Part shown: piece by piece, positions 17,838 to 26,885 of the stretch
Layout: each line of letters starts with the position of its first letter
Numbering within the stretch: position 1 is the first letter of the stretch
Virus record (IMG/VR): IMGVR_UViG_3300046167_000317
Span: 1 to 61,626 of that record
Length of the DNA: 61,626 nt
Reading direction: 5' to 3' (one strand)
From: a virus
Lineage: Duplodnaviria; Caudoviricetes
The notes under the pieces: generated by a model
Seen by the model: the letters and a program-made list of their open reading frames with translations, nothing else
The model's database searches: none
Told to the model about the DNA's origin: nothing
Translations under genes and position numbers: made by a program

Positions 17838-18491
17838 ATGGCTTACAAATCAAATGGTGGTTGCACCCCTATAACAGCTAAAATTAAACGCACTGCCAAA
17901 GGCGGTATTACGCAGCCTCTACTTAATGTAGGAGCTCCGGTAAAAATGAAAGCACCTGCTCCGGCTAAAAAAACTAAGTCACATCCAAGCGCGGAAGATA
18001 CTTTTGGTATAGGCAATAAAAAAGCTAAGACAGGATTCGCAGGCGACACACCGTATTCAGTGCAAGATGGCAAAGGTACAATTCATGGTCCTAAAAGCAG
18101 TTATGATACCGCTTATAAAAAAAGAGATAGAAAGGTTTATGGAGAAATGTCTAAAGCTGAATATATCAAAGAGGCTAAAAGACAAACAAAATCTTTTGAA
18201 AGCACCGGAAAATTCGACGCACCTAAAGCTAAAAAAGCAAAACCAGTTTCTGCAATTAAGCCTAAAGTTACAATTGAATCTAAAAAACCTACGGCTGATG
18301 TAACTATTACAGTTAAGCCTAAAGCTAAAGTAACACCTAAAACAAAAGCTGAAGTTAGAAAAACAGCTAAGGTAAATAAAAAATTATCACAAGCAGCAAA
18401 GGCTAGAGCGGCCGGCAACGAAAAGAAAGCTTTAAGAAAAGAAAGAGCAGCACAAAGAAAAGCAGCTAGATTAGCTAAAAAGAAAAAATAA
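17838..18491 (+). CDS. Lys/Ala-rich, histone-H1-like basic protein
   Basis: K/A/P-rich C-terminus; leader PITAK, APVKMK, APAKK. Confidence 0.7.
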   Translation: MAYKSNGGCTPITAKIKRTAKGGITQPLLNVGAPVKMKAPAPAKKTKSHPSAEDTFGIGNKKAKTGFAGDTPYSVQDGKGTIHGPKSSYDTAYKKRDRKVYGEMSKAEYIKEAKRQTKSFESTGKFDAPKAKKAKPVSAIKPKVTIESKKPTADVTITVKPKAKVTPKTKAEVRKTAKVNKKLSQAAKARAAGNEKKALRKERAAQRKAARLAKKKK

Positions 18492-18893
18492 GTGAAGAAA
18501 ATTTGGGAATGGCTTACAGGCTCCGTCATAAAAGAAGTTGGCGAGGTTTTAGATAATCTTACAACTACTAAAGAAGAGAAACTAGAAGCTCAGCGCCTTA
18601 TTACAGAAATTCTTGAAAAAGCTGATAAAGAAGCGCAAGAGCAAGTAACGGCAAGATGGCAGTCAGATATGCAATCTGATTCTTTCTTGTCTAAAAACAT
18701 TCGCCCAATGGTACTTATATACTTAACGTTTATATTTACAGTTTGTGCGTTTTTTGACGGTAACGTTGGAGAATTTGTAATAGCAGAAGAATATATACCA
18801 ATATTTCAAACTTTATTAGTTACTGTTTATGGAGCTTATTTTGTAGGAAGATCTTGGGAAAAAGGAAAATCAATAATAAATAACAAAAAATAA
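18492..18893 (+). CDS. Holin-like membrane protein (GTA holin 3TM type)
   Basis: EEKLEA...RWQSDM.SDS.LSKNIRP, hydrophobic helices, YFVGRSWEK. Confidence 0.75.
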   Translation: MKKIWEWLTGSVIKEVGEVLDNLTTTKEEKLEAQRLITEILEKADKEAQEQVTARWQSDMQSDSFLSKNIRPMVLIYLTFIFTVCAFFDGNVGEFVIAEEYIPIFQTLLVTVYGAYFVGRSWEKGKSIINNKK

Positions 18894-18896
18894 ATA

Positions 18897-19145
18897 ATGG
18901 GACAATTTAACAATCAACCAGACTTTGGAACAAACGCATTTCCAGTGGTTGCAGGAACTACAAATGTTAGAAACTGTGCTTTGTATTTAGGCAGTGGAGG
19001 TGACATAGAAGTTACTTTAATGGGCTCGCCTAATACTCCTGTAGTATTTAAAAACATTCCAAACGGTAGCTTTTTACCTTGCATAGTTAATACTATTGTA
19101 ACAGGAGTTAACACTACGGTTGCGGATATTGTAGCTATTCAATAA
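18897..19145 (+). CDS. Small structural protein (spike-base-like)
   Basis: ALYLGSGGDIEV...VFKNIPNGSFLP..V...TT.ADIVA pattern. Confidence 0.6.
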   Translation: MGQFNNQPDFGTNAFPVVAGTTNVRNCALYLGSGGDIEVTLMGSPNTPVVFKNIPNGSFLPCIVNTIVTGVNTTVADIVAIQ

Positions 19146-19672
19146 TGAATTGGTCTGCAATATTAAACGGCGTTTGGTGGCCAGATAGAAATGATACAGG
19201 TCTTCCTTGCAGCGCGGTAGCTTTACCTGGAGGTGTAGGCATAACAGATAACACTATAGCTTTAGATCCTTCAGGTGGAGTAATAACTATAATGTTTACA
19301 GCTTACGGTGTACCAGATAAATTAGAAATAATTCACGGAAACGCCAGCGGAACAAAAGTAGCAACAACAGGGATGACAACCGCAAATGCTGGTCCTTTTG
19401 ATAATACATATGGTACTGAACCATCCAACGTGGTACCTACCGTAGCCCAAACAAATGCTGTAGATCAATTTATAGGTACGGACAAAGGCGCTGTACCAAC
19501 TAGGGCAGCTGCTTATACTTTAGAAACAGGTAATCCAAACCCTTTAGTAGCTCCTTATCAACAGCTAATTTGGTGGGTTTATACTACAGCTGACTACCAA
19601 GCTTCACCATTCGTTACCGTTAGGGTAACAGGGCCGTCAGGTACACAGTGGCAATTTCAAAGGGCTTGTTAA
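19145..19672 (+). CDS. Appendage protein; shares a domain with the C-terminus of 36553..38622
   Basis: LDP.GG, PDK.EI.HG, QFIG..KG, YQQ..WW.YT.ADY and TGPSGT.W occur in both proteins. Confidence 0.7.
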   Translation: MNWSAILNGVWWPDRNDTGLPCSAVALPGGVGITDNTIALDPSGGVITIMFTAYGVPDKLEIIHGNASGTKVATTGMTTANAGPFDNTYGTEPSNVVPTVAQTNAVDQFIGTDKGAVPTRAAAYTLETGNPNPLVAPYQQLIWWVYTTADYQASPFVTVRVTGPSGTQWQFQRAC

Positions 19673-19738
19673 AGAAAAGTAGGTATTAGCTATAATGCGT
19701 AATTAATAATATAAGTAATAACAATTAAATTAAATCAA

Positions 19739-19981
19739 ATGTCAAAAAAATTAACACAAGAAGAATTAAAAGAGTTACAGGAAGCTGTCAACACTATGAA
19801 TAATTTACAATTGCAAATAGGTGGGTTGGAAGCTCAAAAGCATGAAGTATTGCATTCTATGGAGACGGCAAAAGTAACTTTATCTGAAGTACAGAAAAAA
19901 TTAGAAGATATTTATGGCCAAGTATCAGTAGATATTTCAACTGGAGATATAAAAGAAAATGAGTCTAGTACGGAAGATTAG
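19739..19981 (+). CDS. Coiled-coil protein
   Basis: Heptad pattern followed by YGQVSVDISTG. Confidence 0.7.
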   Translation: MSKKLTQEELKELQEAVNTMNNLQLQIGGLEAQKHEVLHSMETAKVTLSEVQKKLEDIYGQVSVDISTGDIKENESSTED

Positions 19982-20177
19982 TATAGGAAGAGACTATAAA
20001 AATGACGCCATGCACTATGCTGTTGGACAGGAAGTGTATGGCGGTCATACTATAGCTAATATAATAGAAGAAGAAGATAAGTATTCTATATATATAAAAA
20101 AAGGAGATGAGTTATTGCCGTGGAAAGATTTTAATAAAAATATGGCAATTGCAGTTGAATATGATTTGCAATACTAA
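19959..20177 (+). CDS. Hypothetical protein
   Basis: ORF track; operon context. Confidence 0.7.
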   Translation: MSLVRKISIGRDYKNDAMHYAVGQEVYGGHTIANIIEEEDKYSIYIKKGDELLPWKDFNKNMAIAVEYDLQY

Positions 20178-20767
20178 TGAAAGCTTTATTTGATTTTATT
20201 ATAGAACCCGCAGGGGATAGATATAATAACAAAAAAAAAGTAGAAGGCTCAGAGCTTATTTTAAATACAGAACTTCATAACCATAATTATTCAAACAGGA
20301 TAGCTAAAGTTATAGCTGTACCTTCTGAGATAGAAACAGAAATTGAAGTAGGCGATAAAGTAATAGTGCATCATAATGTTTTTAGGCGATTTAAAGACAT
20401 TAGAGGTATTGAAAAAAACAGTAGGTCATATTATAAAGATAACATATATTTTGCAGGTGAAGACCAAATATATGCTTACAAAAGACGCGGTGATTGGATG
20501 GCTTGCAAAGGTTTTAATTTTGTTAAACCTATTAAAGAAACAAAAATGTTTTCAATTAACTTTGAAAAAGAAGGCGTAGGTGTTTTGTACACAAAAGATC
20601 CAGAACTTAAAGCGTTATCAGAAGGCAACCTAGTAGGCTTTAAGCCAGGGGCAGAGTATGAATTTATTATCGGTAACGATAGAGTTTATAGAGTACCCAC
20701 TAATTCAATTACAATTAAATATGAATATCAAGGAAACGAAGCTGAATATAATCCAAGCTGGACATAA
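20177..20767 (+). CDS. Tandem two-domain GroES-like protein
   Basis: MKALFDFIIEP...AKVIAVP...IEVGDKVIV, then FNFVKP...GVGVL...LSEGNLVGF. Confidence 0.6.
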   Translation: MKALFDFIIEPAGDRYNNKKKVEGSELILNTELHNHNYSNRIAKVIAVPSEIETEIEVGDKVIVHHNVFRRFKDIRGIEKNSRSYYKDNIYFAGEDQIYAYKRRGDWMACKGFNFVKPIKETKMFSINFEKEGVGVLYTKDPELKALSEGNLVGFKPGAEYEFIIGNDRVYRVPTNSITIKYEYQGNEAEYNPSWT

Positions 20768-20996
20768 AGCAGTTGAAGAATTAATAAAAGTGGCAGGCGA
20801 AAAGATCGTTGACTCAGGAGATGATATATCAGCTGACAGGCTTAAGAATGCTGCTGCTACAAAAAAGCTAGCTATATTTGATGCCTTTGAAATATTAAAC
20901 AGGATCAAAGAGGAAGAAGATTTATTAAATAACAAGCCTAAGGAAGAAGTTGAAAAAAAAGCTTTTAAAGGTTTTGCGGAAAAAAGATCTAGGTAA
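20721..20996 (+). CDS. Probable terminase small subunit
   Basis: Helical protein immediately before TerL; ATG at 20721 (MNIKETK). Confidence 0.5.
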   Translation: MNIKETKLNIIQAGHKAVEELIKVAGEKIVDSGDDISADRLKNAAATKKLAIFDAFEILNRIKEEEDLLNNKPKEEVEKKAFKGFAEKRSR

Positions 20997-23209
20997 TGTA
21001 CGAACAATCATTATATAGCGTAATAACGCCAATAAGATCTAATACTATAGCTCGGCTTAATAAATCTAAAAAATGGAAGTATGGGTATAACAAGGAGCAT
21101 GACGTAGTTGTTATAAGTAAGACGGGGCAAATTGGAGAGATATACAATATACAAGGCCTCAAAATAGCACTTCCTAAGCAACCTAGTAAAATTAATAAAT
21201 CCACAAATAAATGGACAGCAGAGGAATATCCTAAAGAGCTAAAGTCAATAACAAGTGTTTTTGATTGGCGGGACTACCCTGAAGAGTTTCAAAACAAGTG
21301 GGAACCATATATAGATGAACAATTTAAAAGAAGAGACGAAGGCCATTGGTTCAATAATAAGGGCGTGGCTACTTACATTACTGGTACTCATTTTATGTAC
21401 TTGCAGTTCAGCAAGATTGACATTGGGAAGCCAGACTTTAGGGAAGCAAACAGATTATTCTTTATATTCTGGGAAGCTTGTAAAGCAGACTCACGATCTT
21501 ACGGAATGTGCTATCTTAAAAACCGTCGTTCAGGATTTTCATTTATGTCATCAGCAGAAACCGTTAACTTGGCGACAATTACGTCAGATGCACGGTACGG
21601 TATCTTGTCTAAGTCTGGAGCTGATGCTAAGAAAATGTTCACAGACAAGGTCGTCCCTATATCCGTCAACTACCCGTTCTTTTTCAAACCAATCCAGGAC
21701 GGTATGGACCGGCCAAAAACCGAACTTGCCTATAGAATACCGGCCAGTAGACTCACTAGGAAATCCATACAAAATAAAAAAGATCAGGAATTATTGGAAG
21801 GGCTCGATACTACTATTGACTGGAAAAACACAGGAGACAACTCCTACGACGGGGAAAAACTTAAGTTACTCGTCCATGATGAATCGGGCAAATGGGAAAA
21901 GCCAGATAACATCCTCAACAACTGGAGGGTTACAAAAACTACGTTAAGACTAGGAGCAAGAATTATCGGTAAGTGCATGATGGGATCAACGTCAAATGCT
22001 TTAGATAAGGGTGGCGAAAATTTTAAAAAGCTTTATAATAATTCTGATGTTAGCAAAAGAAACAGAAATGGGCAAACAGCTTCTGGTTTATATTCTTTAT
22101 TTATTCCTATGGAATGGAATTATGAAGGCTTTATTGATGAGTACGGAATGCCCGTATTTAATACGCCTGAAGAAGAAACCTTTGGTCCATATGGAGACGT
22201 TATAGACGTTGGAGTAATAGAGCATTGGGATAATGAAGCAGAAGGATTAAAAGGCGACCAGGATGCTTTAAACGAGTTTTATAGACAGTTTCCGCGCACG
22301 GAAGAACACGCTTTTAGAGATGAAACAAAAAATAGTATATTCAACTTAGTTAAGATATACGAGCAAATAGACTATAATGAAGACTTAGGTAATACTAATG
22401 TATTAACTACCGGTAATTTTCAGTGGGCTAACGGGGTTAAGGATTCTACAGTTGTATTTACGCCAAATCCTAATGGGAGATTTAAAGTTTCTTGGGTACC
22501 AGGTGTTGCTTTGCAAAACAGGCAAATAGTAAAAAATGGATTAAAAAGCCCAGGTAATGAGCATATGGGCGCATTTGGATGTGATAGCTATGATATATCA
22601 GGCACAACAGATGGACAAGGCTCAAAGGGAGCTTTACACGGGTTAACTAAATTTAGTATGGAGGATGCTCCTGCTAATACATTTTTTTTAGAATATATAG
22701 CTAGACCACAAACTGCTGAAATATTTTTCGAAGATGTGCTTATGGCTTGCGTATTTTACGGAATGCCCATACTAGCTGAAAATAATAAACCTAGATTGTT
22801 GTACTACTTTAAAAGAAGGGGATATAGAGGTTACTCAATGAACCGCCCTGACAAAGTTTGGAATAAGCTGTCTGTAACCGAAAGAGAAATCGGGGGTATG
22901 CCTAACTCAAGTGAGGATATAAAACAAGCACACGCAGCCGCTATTGAAAGTTATATAGACAGGCACGTTGGTTTACAGGAAGACGGAAGTTATGGTACTA
23001 TGTACTTTAATACTACCCTAAACGAATGGTCAAAATTTGATATAAATAAAAGAACAAAATTTGATGCTGCTATTAGCTCAGGTTTAGCCATTATGGCATG
23101 TAACAGACATTTATATCACCCTAAGCCTAAAGTAGAAAGAAATAAAATAAATTTAAAAATAGCTAAATACACCAATTCTGGTGGTTTATCAAAACTAATA
23201 GAAAAATAA
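20996..23209 (+). CDS. terL: Terminase large subunit
   Basis: LKNRRSGFS Walker A variant, LLVHDESGK Walker B, MGSTS, FGCDSYD nuclease motif. Confidence 0.92.
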   Translation: MYEQSLYSVITPIRSNTIARLNKSKKWKYGYNKEHDVVVISKTGQIGEIYNIQGLKIALPKQPSKINKSTNKWTAEEYPKELKSITSVFDWRDYPEEFQNKWEPYIDEQFKRRDEGHWFNNKGVATYITGTHFMYLQFSKIDIGKPDFREANRLFFIFWEACKADSRSYGMCYLKNRRSGFSFMSSAETVNLATITSDARYGILSKSGADAKKMFTDKVVPISVNYPFFFKPIQDGMDRPKTELAYRIPASRLTRKSIQNKKDQELLEGLDTTIDWKNTGDNSYDGEKLKLLVHDESGKWEKPDNILNNWRVTKTTLRLGARIIGKCMMGSTSNALDKGGENFKKLYNNSDVSKRNRNGQTASGLYSLFIPMEWNYEGFIDEYGMPVFNTPEEETFGPYGDVIDVGVIEHWDNEAEGLKGDQDALNEFYRQFPRTEEHAFRDETKNSIFNLVKIYEQIDYNEDLGNTNVLTTGNFQWANGVKDSTVVFTPNPNGRFKVSWVPGVALQNRQIVKNGLKSPGNEHMGAFGCDSYDISGTTDGQGSKGALHGLTKFSMEDAPANTFFLEYIARPQTAEIFFEDVLMACVFYGMPILAENNKPRLLYYFKRRGYRGYSMNRPDKVWNKLSVTEREIGGMPNSSEDIKQAHAAAIESYIDRHVGLQEDGSYGTMYFNTTLNEWSKFDINKRTKFDAAISSGLAIMACNRHLYHPKPKVERNKINLKIAKYTNSGGLSKLIEK

Positions 23210-23213
23210 AAAT

Positions 23214-25640
23214 ATGGCTGAGTCAGTTGTAACAAGTTATTTTCCGAGTCAAATAGCAAGCGATGCCGAGAAAATGTCCAAAGATTATGGTAACACCATT
23301 GGTAGAGCTATTGAAAATGAATGGTTTAGTTCCGATAATGGAAATAGCAGATTCAAAAGTAATCAAGCTACTTTTCATAATCTAAGATTATATGCTCGAG
23401 GAGAGCAAGGAATACAAAAATATAAAGATGAACTGTCTATTAATGGCGATTTATCTTATTTGAATTTAGACTGGAAGCCAGTGCCAATTATACCAAAATT
23501 TGTTGATATAGTTGTTAATGGTATTTCAGATAGACAATTTGATATAAAAGCATACTCGCAAGATCCATACGGAGTTGAAAAACGAACTAAGTACATGGAA
23601 GCTATAATACGTGATATGCAAACAAAAGAACTTAATGAGTTTGCTCAAAAAGAATTTGGTGTAAATTTATTTGAAAGCGATGTAGATGTATTACCTAAAA
23701 ATAAAGAGGAACTTGATTTGCATATGCAACTAAGCTATAAGCAGGAAGTTGAATTAGCAGAAGAGCAAGCTATAACTGTCTTATTAGATGGTAACAACTA
23801 CGATTTGATTAGGCGTAGATGCAATTATGACTTAACCACTATAGGTATTGGAGCAGTTAAAAATACGTTTAGTAAAGCAGAAGGAGCAACCGTTGAATAT
23901 GTTGATCCGGTAAATTTAGTTTGGTCATATACAGACTCCCCTTATTTTGAGGATATATATTACGTAGGGGAGGTAAAAGCCGTACACTTAAACGAGCTTA
24001 AAAAACAATTTCCTTGGCTTACTAATGATGACCTGCAAAAAATAGCAGGCCAAAACACAAGCAACAATGGGTTTTATGACAGGACTCTTAGCAATTCGGA
24101 TTATGACGATTCAAATACTGTTCAAGTTCTTTACTTTAATTACAAAACTTTTACAAACGAAGTTTACAAAGTTAAAGAAACAGCGACGGGAGCAGCTAAA
24201 ATAATACCTAAAACTGATGAGTTTAATCCGCCAGAAGAAATGTATGAAGAGTATGGCATATCTAAATTGTCAAAATCTTTAGAGGTTGTTTACGAAGGCG
24301 TAAAAGTACTAGGTGGGCAATTGCTTAAATGGGAGTTAGCTAAAAATATGATACGTCCTAAAAGTGATTATACTAAAGTTAAAATGAACTATAGTATTGT
24401 AGCCCCAAGAATGTATAGAGGTAGAATTGAATCTATAGTAAGCCGTATAACTGGTTTTGCAGATATGATTCAACTTACACACTTAAAGTTGCAACAAGTA
24501 ATGTCAAGGATGGTTCCAGATGGGGTTTATCTTGACGCTGATGGCTTAGCTGAGGTTGATTTAGGCAACGGAACAAACTATAATCCGCAAGAAGCATTAA
24601 ATATGTTTTTTCAAACAGGGTCTGTTATTGGGAGGTCATTTACGCAAGATGGCGATATGAATCCTGGTAAAGTGCCTATTCAAGAAATTACAACAGGTGC
24701 GGGTGGTCAAAAAATGCAAAGCTTAATCGCTAATTATAATTACTATATGCAAATGATCCGTGATGTGACGGGTCTGAATGAAGCCAGGGATGGTAGCACT
24801 CCAGATGCTAGAGCATTAGTAGGAGTACAAAAACTTGCGGCGGCAAATTCAAATGTAGCTACACGCCATATATTAGAAGGTAGTTTATTTTTAACTGCCG
24901 ATTTGTGCGAAGGATTGTCATTAAGAATATCCGATATATTAGAATATTCGCCAACAAAAGAAGCGTTTATACATAAGATAGGTAATCAAAATGTAGCAGT
25001 GCTAGAGGAAATGAGCGATTTATATTTATATGACTTTGGTATATTTATTGAACTTCAACCAGACGAAGAAGAAAGAGCTGTATTAGAAAATAATATACAA
25101 GCTGCTGTTCAAAGCGGACTTATTGATTTATCTGATGCTATTGACTTAAGAGAAATTAAAAATATAAAATTAGCTAATCAATTGCTCAAGATACGAAGAA
25201 ACGAAAAGCAATTAAGAGATCAGCAGATGCAACAGCAAAATATTCAAGCTCAGGCTGACGCTAACGCTCAAGCACAACAAGTAGCAGCGCAAGCAGAAGT
25301 TCAAAAGCAGCAAGCTTTGATACAACAAAAAATTGCATTAGAACAAGCAAAAGCTCAAATAGATTCTCAAAAGCTGATACAAGAGGCTTCGCTGAAGAAA
25401 GAATTAATGTCTTTAGAATTCGAAATGAATATGCGTTTAAAAGGTATTGAGGTTAAAGGCAAGAAAGAGGAAATAGCGGAAAAAGAAGACCGTAAAGACG
25501 AGCGAACAAAATTACAAGCTACGCAACAGAGTGAATTAATAAATCAAAGACAAAACGATTTGCCTCCTAAAAACTTCGAATCCAGCGGAAACGATATACT
25601 TAGCGGCAACTTTAACTTAGGTTCCTTCGAGCCTAGGTAA
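23214..25640 (+). CDS. Portal protein
   Basis: 808 aa after TerL; PIIPKFVDIVVNG, IRDVTGLNEARDG, Q-rich C-terminal barrel. Confidence 0.88.
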   Translation: MAESVVTSYFPSQIASDAEKMSKDYGNTIGRAIENEWFSSDNGNSRFKSNQATFHNLRLYARGEQGIQKYKDELSINGDLSYLNLDWKPVPIIPKFVDIVVNGISDRQFDIKAYSQDPYGVEKRTKYMEAIIRDMQTKELNEFAQKEFGVNLFESDVDVLPKNKEELDLHMQLSYKQEVELAEEQAITVLLDGNNYDLIRRRCNYDLTTIGIGAVKNTFSKAEGATVEYVDPVNLVWSYTDSPYFEDIYYVGEVKAVHLNELKKQFPWLTNDDLQKIAGQNTSNNGFYDRTLSNSDYDDSNTVQVLYFNYKTFTNEVYKVKETATGAAKIIPKTDEFNPPEEMYEEYGISKLSKSLEVVYEGVKVLGGQLLKWELAKNMIRPKSDYTKVKMNYSIVAPRMYRGRIESIVSRITGFADMIQLTHLKLQQVMSRMVPDGVYLDADGLAEVDLGNGTNYNPQEALNMFFQTGSVIGRSFTQDGDMNPGKVPIQEITTGAGGQKMQSLIANYNYYMQMIRDVTGLNEARDGSTPDARALVGVQKLAAANSNVATRHILEGSLFLTADLCEGLSLRISDILEYSPTKEAFIHKIGNQNVAVLEEMSDLYLYDFGIFIELQPDEEERAVLENNIQAAVQSGLIDLSDAIDLREIKNIKLANQLLKIRRNEKQLRDQQMQQQNIQAQADANAQAQQVAAQAEVQKQQALIQQKIALEQAKAQIDSQKLIQEASLKKELMSLEFEMNMRLKGIEVKGKKEEIAEKEDRKDERTKLQATQQSELINQRQNDLPPKNFESSGNDILSGNFNLGSFEPR

Positions 25641-25672
25641 TAATAATAGTAATAATTATATAATATTTTATC

Positions 25673-26860
25673 ATGTCAGAAGAACAAGAAAAAGAAGCGC
25701 CTGTAGTTGAAGAAGCTACTGCGCAAGAAGAAAAACCTATGTCGTTCGAAGACGGCATTATCAAGGTTGATTTATCAGAATTAAATAAACCAACAGAAGA
25801 TGCCATTCCAGAGCAAGAAACAAATGCAAGCGATGTTCCTGTCGAACAACCCGAAGACACGCCAAGTAGCGAAGAAGTGGTTGAAGAAGTACGGGAGCCC
25901 GTCCAAAATGAGGAAACCTCCGTTCAAGCTGAAGAATCAGTTCTTCAAGAAATAACAGAAGAAGAGGTACAAGAAAAAACAGAAGAGCTTGAGGAGCAAG
26001 TAGAGCAGGCCTTGGTGGAGGCTGATGCAGGAATTGAATTACCTGAAAACATACAGAAGGTAGTTGAATTTATGAATGAAACGGGAGGATCTTTAGAGGA
26101 TTACGTTAAACTTAATACCGATTATGCTTCATTAAATGAAACACAATTATTAAGAGAATATTACGAAACAACACGACCCCATTTAGACTCAGAAGAAATT
26201 TCTTTCTTAATGGAAGATAATTTTTCTTATGACGAAGAGTTAGATGAAGATCGAGATGTACGTAGAAAAAAATTAGCCCGTAAAGAAGAATTAGCAAAAG
26301 CTAAAAATTATTTAGAAGGGTTAAAAACAAAATATTACGACGAAGTAAAAGCTGGATCAAAATTAAATCCAGAACAACAAAAAGCGGTTGAGTTTTTTAA
26401 CCGTTATAAAAAAGAAAACGAACAGGCAACTAAAATAGCTGAACAGCAAGTGTCTACATTTAAAAACAAAACAGAAAAGCTTTTTTCTAATGATTTCAAA
26501 GGTTTTGATTTCAATGTTGGAGAAAAGAAATTTAGGTTTAAAGTCAATAATGTAGATCAAGTTAAAGAAACACAAAGCGACATCAATAATTTGGTCAAGA
26601 AGTTCTTGAACGATAAAAATGAAATGAATGACGCTGCAGGTTATCACAAATCTTTATTTACAGCTATGAATCCAGATGCAATTGCAAACCACTTTTACGA
26701 GCAGGGCAAAGCCGATGCGATGAAAAGCAGTGTTGAAAAAGCCAAGAATATTGATATGAGCCCAAGAGGTACTCATGAGAAAGTCAGTATGCCGGGCGGT
26801 TTTACGGTTAAGTCAATTAAATCTTCTAGTTCGCCTAGGTTTGGAATTAAAAGAAAATAA
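25673..26860 (+). CDS. Capsid scaffolding protein
   Basis: Acidic disordered N-terminus and helical core, between portal and capsid; FYEQGKADA motif. Confidence 0.7.
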   Translation: MSEEQEKEAPVVEEATAQEEKPMSFEDGIIKVDLSELNKPTEDAIPEQETNASDVPVEQPEDTPSSEEVVEEVREPVQNEETSVQAEESVLQEITEEEVQEKTEELEEQVEQALVEADAGIELPENIQKVVEFMNETGGSLEDYVKLNTDYASLNETQLLREYYETTRPHLDSEEISFLMEDNFSYDEELDEDRDVRRKKLARKEELAKAKNYLEGLKTKYYDEVKAGSKLNPEQQKAVEFFNRYKKENEQATKIAEQQVSTFKNKTEKLFSNDFKGFDFNVGEKKFRFKVNNVDQVKETQSDINNLVKKFLNDKNEMNDAAGYHKSLFTAMNPDAIANHFYEQGKADAMKSSVEKAKNIDMSPRGTHEKVSMPGGFTVKSIKSSSSPRFGIKRK

Positions 26861-26885
26861 AACAACAACTTAAAACTTAAAAATT

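Noticed and set aside
21315-21947. 210-aa alternate-frame ORF inside terL, and the many antisense ORFs in the track
   Set aside because: They lie within well-supported genes and show no recognisable motifs; treated as shadow ORFs, although the terL one is long and not strictly excluded.
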